Shown here piece by piece: positions 1-10,768 of a DNA stretch of 64,000 bases (its first letter is position 1; every line of letters starts with the position of its first letter). This stretch comes from Clostridia bacterium (GTDB taxonomy: Bacteria > Bacillota > Clostridia > Acetivibrionales > STF1-152). Position numbers and translations under genes: made by a program. The stretch is taken from contig JANQLN010000038.1 of assembly GCA_028280575.1 (NCBI GenBank), positions 11,267 through 75,266 on the forward strand, written 5' to 3'. Below the pieces are notes generated by a model. It was not told where the DNA came from. It ran no database searches and saw nothing but the letters and a program-made list of their open reading frames with translations.

Positions 1-758
1 TTGAAAAATATAATCCACCTTGTATGAGTTTCCGTGGTTTAATATTGCTTGTTTTATTTCTTCATATAATGCTAATTTGTTTCCTTGTGGCAAACCTCTA
101 TGGTCGGACATAGTGTCAATAAAAGCAATGTACTCATCTGCATTATATATCTTTTTAAAATCAAAAAACTTCATCACAACATCTCGAAACCCATACACTT
201 TCAAATCTTCAAATCTATAACCGATATAAATTTCTGAAGGCTTTTTAAAATCTTCTTTTGATTTTTTCACAGGTCTTTTGTTTGACTGATAAAAACTGTA
301 ATAGTATTTCTCGTATACTTTTTGAATTTCATCATAAAGTTCATCACCGTCACCTGAAATCATATTATATCTAAACAAGGCAATAGTTCCGCCGTTTTTT
401 AACAAATGAAATGCTTTTGGACATCCTATTTCTGCATCTACCCAATGAAAAGCGGAAGCAGCATATATTAAGTCATAACTATTTTCTTCAAGCAACGCCT
501 CTTCAAATGTGGAGGTAATGACAACAAAGTTTTTATATTCAGCAAATTTTTCTAATAAAAACTTCGACATATTATTGCTTATTTCAACAGCGGTCACATC
601 ATATCCAGCGTTGAGAAAAGGAGTTGTTGCTTTACCTGTTCCGGAACCTATCTCAACTGCTTTCTTATTCTCACCATGCCCGCAATATTCAATAACTGCT
701 TTAAATAGTTTATTAGGATATTCTGGTCGTATTTTATCATAATTTGCAACAAATATCA
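1..758 (-). CDS. class I SAM-dependent methyltransferase (3' end runs off the window)
   Basis: Absent from the ORF track because no stop lies inside the window. The minus-strand frame from the ATG at 758 reads MIFVANYDKIRPEYP...AVEIGSGTGKATTPFLNAGYDVTAVEIS (SAM motif I, GxGxG) and stays open to position 1. Confidence 0.7.
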
Positions 759-836
759 TCAAAGTGATTTCTTTTATCACGTTCCCATCCAGTTCTATTC
801 TTCATCATTTTATCACCCACATGTTCATTTGTTTTC

Positions 837-1313
837 TCATTTTGCCTTATGCTTATACTGTACGTTTATATAGTCAATAAATGCTTGTAGAGGCTTTTTA
901 TCTGGCGGACTTATTTCTTCAGGAAGTTTATTTATATCAAACCATTTTAAACTTAAGGTTTCATTAGTTTCTGTTAGTAAATCACCTGAAAAATCTTTGC
1001 ATACATAATTGATACCAATAATATAAACTTTATCTCCATTTGGATATGTATATAACATGTCTTTTCCTGAAAAAACTCCTAACAATTCAAGATTGTTTGC
1101 TATTAAACCAGTCTCTTCCCATAGTTCACGTTTAGCCGCTTCCTCAGTAGTTTCTCCTATTTCAACAGCTCCTCCGTGCATTGCCCAACATTTGTTATCT
1201 TTTCGTTTTTGCAAAAGAACTTGTCCTTCTTTATATACAAAAACACCAGCTCCAACAGTTATCAACCTGTCATGTCCAATTTTACTTCTGATATTTTGAA
1301 TATATCCACTCAT
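837..1313 (-). CDS. NUDIX hydrolase
   Basis: Nudix box GGAVEIGETTEEAAKRELWEETGL in the 158-aa ORF. Confidence 0.9.
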   Translation of the reverse strand: MSGYIQNIRSKIGHDRLITVGAGVFVYKEGQVLLQKRKDNKCWAMHGGAVEIGETTEEAAKRELWEETGLIANNLELLGVFSGKDMLYTYPNGDKVYIIGINYVCKDFSGDLLTETNETLSLKWFDINKLPEEISPPDKKPLQAFIDYINVQYKHKAK

Positions 1314-1773
1314 ATGTACATGCCCCTCAGATATATAAATTTTCTTCTTTTAATCATAAAACAAATGTGCATTATGTTAATATCAATAATAGCATATTTC
1401 TCCATATGATGGTAGTATAGTTTTATACGCAATAGTTCTTTTTGAGCAGCGAATAAATGATTATTTTTAACTGTTTTATAGTTTTTTAGAAATGTCAATA
1501 AATCTTTGAAAAATCAAGCCTATGAAAATTAACTATTACAGTGCAATTATAAATAAAAGAAGGATTTTCCACTACCTTTGTCGTATTATGGAATTCGTTA
1601 TATAAATCAACTCTACAGTTCCCACGTTTTACTAATTATATAATTTTATTGTGAAATTGTCAAGATATAATGCTGTCAAAATGAAAGTTTTGCCCTATAT
1701 TTACCACTTTATGGTTCCTATAACAAATAGACAATATAACGGAACTTGGACATTTAATACTATCAAAGTATGT

Positions 1774-1797
1774 AATGTGTGAACAAAATAGATGCAG
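1774..1797 (+). repeat. 24-nt exact repeat, copy A (AATGTGTGAACAAAATAGATGCAG)
   Basis: Identical 24-mer at 5058-5081 (+) and 9538-9561 (-). It lies 19 nt from the stop of the truncated gene at 1816. Confidence 0.9.
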
Positions 1798-1815
1798 CTT
1801 GTATACATACTGAAA

Positions 1816-2421
1816 TCAGGGGAGCTTAGTATCCATTCCTATATGACTTGACTCATTGTTCTTATCCTTTAATGCTTTAGTTACAAGCTTTGTATCTGAC
1901 ATTCCTTTTTCAGTTAGTGGACGCAGCATATCATCTTTGACAGATATATCAGATTGTGCATGCCGCACAAAATAGATGTCCGTTTTTATTCTCCTTATGT
2001 TTCTAGTATTTTCATATAACCTAATCTGTGCAATTAATGTTTCATAAATCTTAGGATATGTACTGTTTTCAGGAAAAGCATCAAATAGTCTTACCTCTTC
2101 AATTTCATAGCCCGGAAGTTCACCAAGCTTTTCTGCACAGATATAAAAAAGCCGCCCATAAGAAAAACTGTTATCATTGCAAACTTCATAGTCGCAAATA
2201 GTCTCTATTTCTTCCGTTACTATCCCGGTTTCCTCATACAGTTCCCGAAAAGCTGCTTCTTGAACATGTTCTCCAATATCTATATGCCCACCTGCCATTT
2301 CCCATGTGGTTCTTTTTTTATGTCTGACAAGAAGCCATTGCCCAATATGTTTTACACAAATAACAACATATTTCAGGTCTTCTTCATTAACCTGTCCAAT
2401 CTTATGTATTTTGATATGCAT
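1816..2421 (-). CDS. NUDIX hydrolase fused to the first ~45 aa of a histidine-phosphatase domain; apparently 3'-truncated
   Basis: Nudix box GGHIDIGEHVQEAAFRELYEETGI is followed by IYFVRHAQSD (RHG-type phosphatase start). The ORF then ends after about 45 more residues in unrelated sequence (NESSHIGMDTKLP). Confidence 0.7.
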   Translation of the reverse strand: MHIKIHKIGQVNEEDLKYVVICVKHIGQWLLVRHKKRTTWEMAGGHIDIGEHVQEAAFRELYEETGIVTEEIETICDYEVCNDNSFSYGRLFYICAEKLGELPGYEIEEVRLFDAFPENSTYPKIYETLIAQIRLYENTRNIRRIKTDIYFVRHAQSDISVKDDMLRPLTEKGMSDTKLVTKALKDKNNESSHIGMDTKLP

Positions 2422-2440
2422 CTGTCTGTCTCCTTGCCTT

Positions 2441-2905
2441 TTAAGAATCTTTACTCAGCTTTTGCTCTATAAATTTGCGAATAATTCCACTCACAGGTGG
2501 GCCCAGATTCTCAGGCACTTCATTGAATGGAAACCACCTGAGTTCAGAAACTTCAGCAGTGTCTGCGCACATTTCTCCTTCAAAGTCATCACATACATAA
2601 ACAGTGTCCACGTTATATACTTCGTCTCCATGTGGATATACATAATGGAGTTCAGGACCAGAGAATACTCCATAAAGCCTCATAGAATTGACCTTTAAGC
2701 CTGTCTCTTCATAGAGTTCCCTTTTTGCAGCATCTTCCAGGCGTTCACCCAATTCAAGACATCCCCCATGGTAACCCCAACACCCATTGTCTTTTCGTTT
2801 CTGCAATAAAATATGTCCATTACGTATTACAATTACACTGGCTCCACAAATCAGTAATGGTCTTGTTCCTATCATTGACCTCATGGCTTTAACATAGCTG
2901 CTCAT
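2441..2905 (-). CDS. NUDIX hydrolase (paralog of 837-1313)
   Basis: Nudix box GGCLELGERLEDAAKRELYEETGL. It is colinear with the 158-aa paralog over its full length. Confidence 0.9.
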   Translation of the reverse strand: MSSYVKAMRSMIGTRPLLICGASVIVIRNGHILLQKRKDNGCWGYHGGCLELGERLEDAAKRELYEETGLKVNSMRLYGVFSGPELHYVYPHGDEVYNVDTVYVCDDFEGEMCADTAEVSELRWFPFNEVPENLGPPVSGIIRKFIEQKLSKDS

Positions 2906-3268
2906 AAAATTTTATCCATTCCTTTCTATCTATCAGTACCGGTATTAATACCTATATGAAAATAAATCATTATCTATATTAATTGTATTTAATCCCACCA
3001 TTACCACAAATACTTGTTAATTGGCTTCTTTATTTGAAAATTCATTTATACAACCTTTGTCTTCTGATATGAATAAATTACTTATAACAATAATACCATG
3101 TTTTTAAATGTGAAAAAAGTATTATTTCAATATAGTATACGGTATTGGATTGGCTATAATTTTAAGCGACTGCCTAATTTTGAAGCACTCACTTTTTCCC
3201 GGGAATGCAGATATGGGTAGTACATGGACTCATAATAATGGATAGCTTATTGAAGTTGCACTATATAC

Positions 3269-3487
3269 TCATACTGCAAAGAATACTATTTGACATCCAT
3301 ATCTTCTAAATCCCAATGATTCAACAGTTAGAATAGAGGCTTTGTTATTAACTCCATTTGTTGTAAATACTTTGTAACCATTATCCAATAAATATTTTGT
3401 AACAGCTAATGTATTTGATTTTGCATAACCTTTATTACGGTGTTTCAGGTAAGCCACAAATTTTTTAAATACTCTGTCGTGCTTCAA
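3269..3487 (-). pseudogene. GNAT acetyltransferase fragment lacking its N-terminal part
   Basis: Contains an acetyl-CoA motif-A-like HRNKGYAKSNTLAVTKYLLDNG and a C-terminal NKASILTVESLGF. It is only 72 aa and its 5' end overlaps the upstream gene. Confidence 0.45.
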
Positions 3488-3671
3488 TGTAAAGGTTTAT
3501 ATCCTCAACAATATATTTTGTTCCGGTGGTGTGCAACGCTTCATAATAGGCAGTAATATAATCTAAAACCCTGTATTTATTAAAAATACTTATAACCTGT
3601 TTCCCGGAAAGTTTCTCAGCTTTCTTATATTCTTCAATGCAAAAAACAATAAATTTTGTAATTTTATCCAT
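3465..3671 (-). CDS. DUF3791-like small protein
   Basis: Start set at MDKITKFIVFCIEEYKK, preceded by a GGAGG RBS. It is a paralog-like partner of the adjacent gene. The family name comes from recollection of the typical DUF3990/DUF3791 gene neighbourhood. Confidence 0.55.
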   Translation of the reverse strand: MDKITKFIVFCIEEYKKAEKLSGKQVISIFNKYRVLDYITAYYEALHTTGTKYIVEDINLYIEARQSI

Positions 3672-3672
3672 C

Positions 3673-3912
3673 TCACACCTCCTCAGGATATGTGATTTTT
3701 CCTGTGGTAATCTCTTCATCAAGCAAACCGTAAAGAGTTGGTGCACTAAAATGCCAAAGCTTGCTCTCCTCTTTTTCCAGCATTTCATACAGTTCTGAAT
3801 TGTACAACAATCCAGCAGCTTCTTTATTTGACAATCTTCTATTATCCATAATTAGTTGAATAATTTGTGGAATAATTAATTCAAGCATTGCAGTAAGCTT
3901 TTCGTCATTCAT
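3673..3912 (-). CDS. DUF3791-like small protein
   Basis: 79-aa ORF MNDEKLTAMLELIIPQIIQLIMDNRRLSNKEAAGLLYNSELYEMLEKEESKLWHFS, tightly packed in the operon. Confidence 0.55.
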   Translation of the reverse strand: MNDEKLTAMLELIIPQIIQLIMDNRRLSNKEAAGLLYNSELYEMLEKEESKLWHFSAPTLYGLLDEEITTGKITYPEEV

Positions 3913-3915
3913 TGA

Positions 3916-4407
3916 TTATACCTCCAATGTATTGATATATCCAGTATAATTTAAAAAAAATAATGATTGTTCACTGGTAAAGGTTATTTGATCATATAAT
4001 TTCTTGATTTTAAGCGCATCTAATGTTTGTTCTTTACTTAAAACTTTTGCTTCATACAATGCAAATGTTTGATAAACATCATCATTTGCAACTGGTCCAT
4101 ACACAGCATCATATTTTTTACCGATGTAAATGCCCTGTCTGTTTTGAAATACAAATTCAAGCCATTCTTCGTTTGGGGAGTCAAACTTCAATATATTTAA
4201 TTCTTTTTCCGCCTTTTCAATATCAAATTTATATCGACTGACAAATTGAGTATTTGTCTTTGTTCTGGTCATAACTTTACCTGCAAAGTTAATTGCCTGC
4301 TCTTTATTGGTTGTCGTATAAAAACCTGCACCAAAATCAAGCGTTCTTGTTTGACAAATTAGTTTTGGACGTTCTACAACTACATTGCTCCCATGATACA
4401 ATACCAT
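3916..4407 (-). CDS. DUF3990-like protein with an ADP-ribosyltransferase-like H-Y motif pattern
   Basis: N-terminal LYHGS, then DFGAGFYTT. 163 aa, 3-nt spacing to neighbouring genes. Confidence 0.6.
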   Translation of the reverse strand: MVLYHGSNVVVERPKLICQTRTLDFGAGFYTTTNKEQAINFAGKVMTRTKTNTQFVSRYKFDIEKAEKELNILKFDSPNEEWLEFVFQNRQGIYIGKKYDAVYGPVANDDVYQTFALYEAKVLSKEQTLDALKIKKLYDQITFTSEQSLFFLNYTGYINTLEV

Positions 4408-4409
4408 AT

Positions 4410-4751
4410 TTATGACCTCCTAACCTTCTTAACCAACTCAAGCTCAATGTTTAATTCTTTCAACATTTTTTCTATTTGTCTTCTGCGCTCAATTTGTCTT
4501 TTTAACTTTTCCACATCCTCCGAATATTTACCGATGTAATCAGAAACAACACTTTTACCATCACGATAGGTTAAATAGTAGTACTCTTTTTTCTTGAGAG
4601 ACAGTGTACCCTTCGGAAGTGTAGCAAGCTGTTTTTTATATTTATTCTTCATAAATAAAATTCTTTTTTCTTCTTGTTTTATCATTTCCAAAATTAAACT
4701 CATGTAAATCACCATTATTATTGTACCCAACAATATTAATTTTGTCAACAA
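4410..4751 (-). CDS. hypothetical protein, first gene of the DUF3990 operon (the true start may be an internal Met at 4685 or 4652)
   Basis: ORF with a charged coiled-coil-like C-terminus ([28 protein letters not shown]). Its stop lies 2 nt before the next start. Confidence 0.45.
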   Translation of the reverse strand: MLTKLILLGTIIMVIYMSLILEMIKQEEKRILFMKNKYKKQLATLPKGTLSLKKKEYYYLTYRDGKSVVSDYIGKYSEDVEKLKRQIERRRQIEKMLKELNIELELVKKVRRS

Positions 4752-5057
4752 AAGTTGGATATGGAAACAATTTATGCTACAACAACATCATTATCCGATT
4801 TAAAACAAACCCGTTTTTTAAGTGACTGTATTGTAAATGCTGTAACAGTCATTCCAATCCCGCCTAGTAGTTTGTGAATTTTGAAACTGCGGGTTGGATT
4901 GTACTAGGTTTTCTTGCAGTAAGACACGGAAATAACGCTCATTTATTTTTTAGAATCTTGTTTTTTTATGAATAAGAAGCACTTACATTCTAAACTAATA
5001 AAAAAAAGAAGCCAACTGCGTAAATGTAATCGACTTCTTTCGACAAAATATTCGTGC

Positions 5058-5081
5058 AATGTGTGAACAAAATAGATGCAG
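5058..5081 (+). repeat. 24-nt exact repeat, copy B
   Basis: Identical to 1774-1797. The flanking bases after the core also resemble copy A (CAGGTTATAT versus CAGCTTGTAT). Confidence 0.9.
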
Positions 5082-5181
5082 GTTATATTCGTCCACTAAA
5101 CCTAACATTTTAAATTGTATAATGTACAGAAATCACATTAACAATTTCTCTTTTTTCATAAGTAATTATGGTAATTTTAAT

Positions 5182-5835
5182 TTATTCCATTAAAATTTGT
5201 GTCATATTATTCTCTGACAACGGCTTTGTTATAGCAGTAAAAATTTCATTCATTTTAGTATAATCACAGAGGAAAGAAGTAGCACTTGCTTCAATCATTT
5301 GCTTGTTGGTTACCTGAGAAAAATCCACACTATAACCTGCATTTTCAGCCAAATATTCAATAAAGAGTCTTTGTACTCTGCCATTTCCTTCTCTGAAGGG
5401 GTGAAGAACATTGATTTCACTAAGATAATGTGCTAGACAGATTGGGATTTCATCTTTGGAGGCATCCTTTAAGTAATTCTCTTTTTTCAGCTTCTTGAAG
5501 AGTGAATCGGCATTTTGTTCTATAAATTCATAGTTGCAAAACATATTGCCTTTTGCAATATTCACCCATCTAATTTCACCTGCCCATTTATAGATATCAC
5601 CAAATATATACTTGTGAATCTTTTTTAAATGAAGCAGATTAAAATGACCTTTTATAATACTTACTTTTGCATTTGCAATTCTCAAAGATGTTATTTCTCT
5701 TTCAGCTATGCGAAGTTTTTCCCCATCTCTTATACCCAGCTTGTTTATAAGCACATTTGAATGAGGGTAACAATATCTGTGATCCCACTCATAATTGTAA
5801 TCATAACTGTTGCTCATGGCCATATCCTCTGGCAA
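5182..5835 (-). CDS. Fic/DOC family protein (AMPylase-type toxin)
   Basis: Canonical Fic motif HPFREGNGRVQR (HxFx[D/E]GNGRxxR). Confidence 0.9.
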   Translation of the reverse strand: MPEDMAMSNSYDYNYEWDHRYCYPHSNVLINKLGIRDGEKLRIAEREITSLRIANAKVSIIKGHFNLLHLKKIHKYIFGDIYKWAGEIRWVNIAKGNMFCNYEFIEQNADSLFKKLKKENYLKDASKDEIPICLAHYLSEINVLHPFREGNGRVQRLFIEYLAENAGYSVDFSQVTNKQMIEASATSFLCDYTKMNEIFTAITKPLSENNMTQILME

Positions 5836-5992
5836 CTGTATGCTTTTTTATAAGTTCAGCTATTGTTTCTTCAACCAATTCATCATTGCCTGCACAGCGT
5901 CTGATTCTTTCCTTATCAATCTTCGTAAGTGGCATGCCTTCTATTGACATTGAACCGTTAACCTCATCAATTATTTTTTCTAAATCTCTCAT
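5801..5992 (-). CDS. VbhA-like antitoxin of a class I Fic toxin
   Basis: 63 aa, directly upstream of and overlapping fic. It carries the inhibitory motif [S/T]xxxE[G/N] as SMSIEG. Confidence 0.75.
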   Translation of the reverse strand: MRDLEKIIDEVNGSMSIEGMPLTKIDKERIRRCAGNDELVEETIAELIKKHTVARGYGHEQQL

Positions 5993-6624
5993 ATGAACAC
6001 CACCTCCTATATATTATACCATAATTTTAAAAAAGATAGTTAATATTCACTAAACAGCCCTTATTTATCTGCCCATTCAAGAAAACACTTTTGTACATTA
6101 TCTGTTGCATCTTTTCTCTTAGCCTTGTATGAGGCAGTCCATATAGGTTGCACGTTTATAGTCTAAAATCTATTAGAAGTATTTATGCTTTTTTACTTCT
6201 GAAATTAAATCCTTGCAATCTTCCAAATCTTTATTGATAGTATTATCTTCATCCACTTCAACTGTAATAAGCTTTTCTTCTTTTTCTGCACTCTTCTGAT
6301 TGATTCATATTACCGCTCACAAGCCCATCCCCCTCTTTACTCCTCATATTGTGCATATAACTGTAGACACCAAACACAATGGAGGCTGAAATAATAATTA
6401 TAAAACCATCTCCCCTAGTTATTTATGAAAAGGGAATAGCTATTATTACATTTTCAGCTACAATAGACATTGAAATATATAGTAAAAAGTTTTTTTAGAG
6501 CCAATCTTCAGAGCTCAATTTCAACATCATCATGATTTACATAATCACAAAAAAGTGAACTCATACATATTGTGTTTATATATTACTCTTAGTGAGTATA
6601 ATGCTCAATGAGGCAATATTATAA

Positions 6625-8271
<1,647 letters not shown>

Positions 8272-8310
8272 CATGCACCTGTGGAATACCGGGATTATCT
8301 ACAGATATAT

Positions 8311-8344
8311 GGCCAGCTTGCATCCTGCGTGAGTTGGCCTTTTT
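8311..8344 (+). terminator. rho-independent terminator after the collagen-like gene
   Basis: GGCCAGCT...AGTTGGCC stem followed by TTTTT. Confidence 0.55.
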
Positions 8345-8441
8345 AAAATATATGGGGAATGCCGTAATATGTAAAAATTCTGTCTCACATCGGTATTATT
8401 GAGCATATGTATATATAAAAAGTATTCAAAGAGGTAACAGA

Positions 8442-9524
8442 ATGAAAATAAGCCTTTGCATGATTGTAAAAAATGAGAAGGCTACCCTTGAAAGATGTTT
8501 GTCCTCCATTAATGACATTGTAGATGAAATCATCATTGTGGATACCGGTTCAACAGATAGGACCAAAGACATAGCAAGGAAATTCACAGAGCATGTCATT
8601 GCTTTCCAATGGATTGATGATTTTTCCGCTGCACGGAATTTTGCATTTTCTCATGCATCAATGGACTACATTATGTGGTTGGATGCAGATGATGTTCTTT
8701 TGCCTGATGCCCAACAGAAACTGCTGTGTCTGAAGCAATCCCTTAATCATTCTGTGGATGCTGTTTCTATGGTATACCACGTTGACTTTGACGATAATGG
8801 AAATGTAGCACTGAATGTAAGGCGGATACGGATAGTAAAAAGGACAAAGAACTTTCAGTGGCACGGCGCCGTTCATGAAGATTTATCAGTGGCAGGAAAT
8901 ATATTGGACAGTGATATTGTCGTGACCCATAGGAAAATCCATAAGCATACTGACCGCAACCTCAAAATATATGAAAACCGACTGCGCCAGGGAAAAGAGT
9001 TCACAGCCCAGGATATCTTCCATTATGCCCGTGAATTGCATCAGCATAAAATTTATGAGAAGGCGGTAGTGTTCTATCTGAAATTTTTAGATAATAAATA
9101 TGCTTCAGAGGATAACAGAATTTTTGTTTGCACCAGATTGGCAGACTGCTATTATCAACTTGGAGATAAAGAAAAGGAGCTGGCCTATACATTCAAGTCC
9201 TTCGAATATGATATTCCCCGACCGGAATCATGCTGTCGACTAGGTTATCATTTTTTGCAGCAAAATGAGTTTAAAAAAGCTGCTTATTGGTATAAGCAGG
9301 CAATTGAATCACCATCGCCGGAAAACATATGGACTATTATCAATCAACCAAGCCGAAACTGGCTGCCACATATGCAGCTTGGCCTTTGTTATTACAATTT
9401 AGGACTGTACCACCTTTCATATCAGCATAATAAAATAGCACTTTCCTACCGTCCGGAGGATAAAGATATTTTAAACAACCTCAATCTTCTTGAAAAGTTA
9501 CTGGAACAGAGACAGGATATCTAG
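8442..9524 (+). CDS. family 2 glycosyltransferase with a C-terminal TPR-like domain
   Basis: N-terminus ISLCMIVKNEKATLERCL...IIIVDTGSTDRT...WLDADD (GT2 DxD region). The helical repeat C-terminus is rich in Y/W/L. Confidence 0.85.
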   Translation: MKISLCMIVKNEKATLERCLSSINDIVDEIIIVDTGSTDRTKDIARKFTEHVIAFQWIDDFSAARNFAFSHASMDYIMWLDADDVLLPDAQQKLLCLKQSLNHSVDAVSMVYHVDFDDNGNVALNVRRIRIVKRTKNFQWHGAVHEDLSVAGNILDSDIVVTHRKIHKHTDRNLKIYENRLRQGKEFTAQDIFHYARELHQHKIYEKAVVFYLKFLDNKYASEDNRIFVCTRLADCYYQLGDKEKELAYTFKSFEYDIPRPESCCRLGYHFLQQNEFKKAAYWYKQAIESPSPENIWTIINQPSRNWLPHMQLGLCYYNLGLYHLSYQHNKIALSYRPEDKDILNNLNLLEKLLEQRQDI

Positions 9525-9537
9525 TGTCTCTGTGGGC

Positions 9538-9561
9538 CTGCATCTATTTTGTTCACACATT
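9538..9561 (-). repeat. 24-nt exact repeat, copy C (inverted relative to A and B)
   Basis: Its reverse complement equals AATGTGTGAACAAAATAGATGCAG. On the minus strand it begins 1 nt after the CCA end of tRNA-Val. Confidence 0.9.
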
Positions 9562-9562
9562 A

Positions 9563-9639
9563 TGGTGGTCGCTACTGGAATCGAACCAGTGGCCTCTTGC
9601 GTGTCGAGCAAGCACTCTAACCATCTGAGCTAAGCGACC
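9563..9639 (-). tRNA. tRNA-Val (anticodon GAC), CCA encoded
   Basis: Hand-folded cloverleaf: acceptor GGTCGCT/AGCGACC, D arm GCTC..GAGT with GG, anticodon stem CTTGC/GCAAG with loop TCGACAC, T arm ACTGG-TTCGATT-CCAGT, A73, CCA. Position 33 reads C rather than U. Confidence 0.85.
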
Positions 9640-9764
9640 ATATTAAATACAACGTAATACATTATATATGTTTTCCATTTGATATTCAAGGCTAATTTTT
9701 TCTATTGGCCTGTATCCGGTTATCATTTTCAGCTTGAGGTAATTAACTCTTTTTATAAAAAAAT

Positions 9765-10589
9765 TTACTCAGGCTCAGTTCCTTCAATGCTGTACCAATC
9801 CAGATTTTCCAAAAAATCTTCAGTGTCATTTGACTTATCATAGCTCACTTTACGGTTATTGCAAAAGCTGTTGAATTCACAGAAGGGACAATGGTTTTTG
9901 TAAAGTTCCTGGTTAAAATGATTGTAATCAAATTCTTTAATATCAAGTATTTTTTCCCTTAAAATATTGCTAAACCTTTTATGCTTTTCATCGGAATAGT
10001 CTATCCGGGCACATATTCCAACTGGCTCAGGCTTCCAGTAATACATAGTAATTTTATCACAAGGTATATTTTTTCCGGCGGCAAGCCGCACGCGCTCCTT
10101 TAGGACATACAGATATACCATTGTCTGCAAGCTTTTTTCCAGTCTGTTCTTAAGTCCTGTATGTTTTTTATTGCTGCCATGGGTTTTCCAATCCCATATT
10201 TCTATTTTTTCATTTTTTATAATAAGCAGGTCAAAATTAGCTTCCAGTTTTATTTCACCACTAATCATCCTGATCTTGTATTCTGGTAAATATATCTCAT
10301 CCTTTTTTAATGGGAAATGTTGAATGAGTCTTCCCATCCATTTTACCAATTCAGGATAATTAACACTTGACCATTTGAGTCCGTTATCAAATCCCATGAA
10401 ATATCGTCTTGCCAGAACATGGAATTTCCGTCCTGCTTCCATTGAATTAACTATCTCTTCAGAAGGTGAAAATCTCCACCTTATACCCTCAAGATAACGT
10501 TTTTTAAATTTTAAGGGACAGCTTTCAAATGTTTTCATTGAGTATTGTGTATAGAAGAAATACATCTCATTTCTCAAATCTTTCTCCAT
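9765..10589 (-). CDS. PD-(D/E)XK nuclease, Cas4/AddB-type, with a predicted 4-Cys Fe-S cluster
   Basis: Start chosen at MEKDL after GGAGG. Motifs: FESCP (first Cys), GRKFH, FDLLII (D), EIWDWK (D/ExK), QTMVYLY (QxxxY) and C-terminal CPFCEFNSFC (CxxCx5C). Confidence 0.8.
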   Translation of the reverse strand: MEKDLRNEMYFFYTQYSMKTFESCPLKFKKRYLEGIRWRFSPSEEIVNSMEAGRKFHVLARRYFMGFDNGLKWSSVNYPELVKWMGRLIQHFPLKKDEIYLPEYKIRMISGEIKLEANFDLLIIKNEKIEIWDWKTHGSNKKHTGLKNRLEKSLQTMVYLYVLKERVRLAAGKNIPCDKITMYYWKPEPVGICARIDYSDEKHKRFSNILREKILDIKEFDYNHFNQELYKNHCPFCEFNSFCNNRKVSYDKSNDTEDFLENLDWYSIEGTEPE

Positions 10590-10768
10590 CGCTTTACCTC
10601 CACATAAAAATATCACTTACCCCAAAAATCAACCACCGCATGTTGTCTGGTATTCAGAGAACAGAAATCAGGTCTTGTAGAAAGATGGGGATGCATCTTT
10701 CTTTTATTCGAAGATTCTCAAAAACTTCATTCCATAAAATGGTTTTTAGAATCTTTAAGCATATAATG

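Noticed and set aside
5757-5996. 79-aa plus-strand ORF
   Set aside because: It is antisense to the Fic N-terminus and the VbhA-like antitoxin, both of which carry diagnostic motifs.
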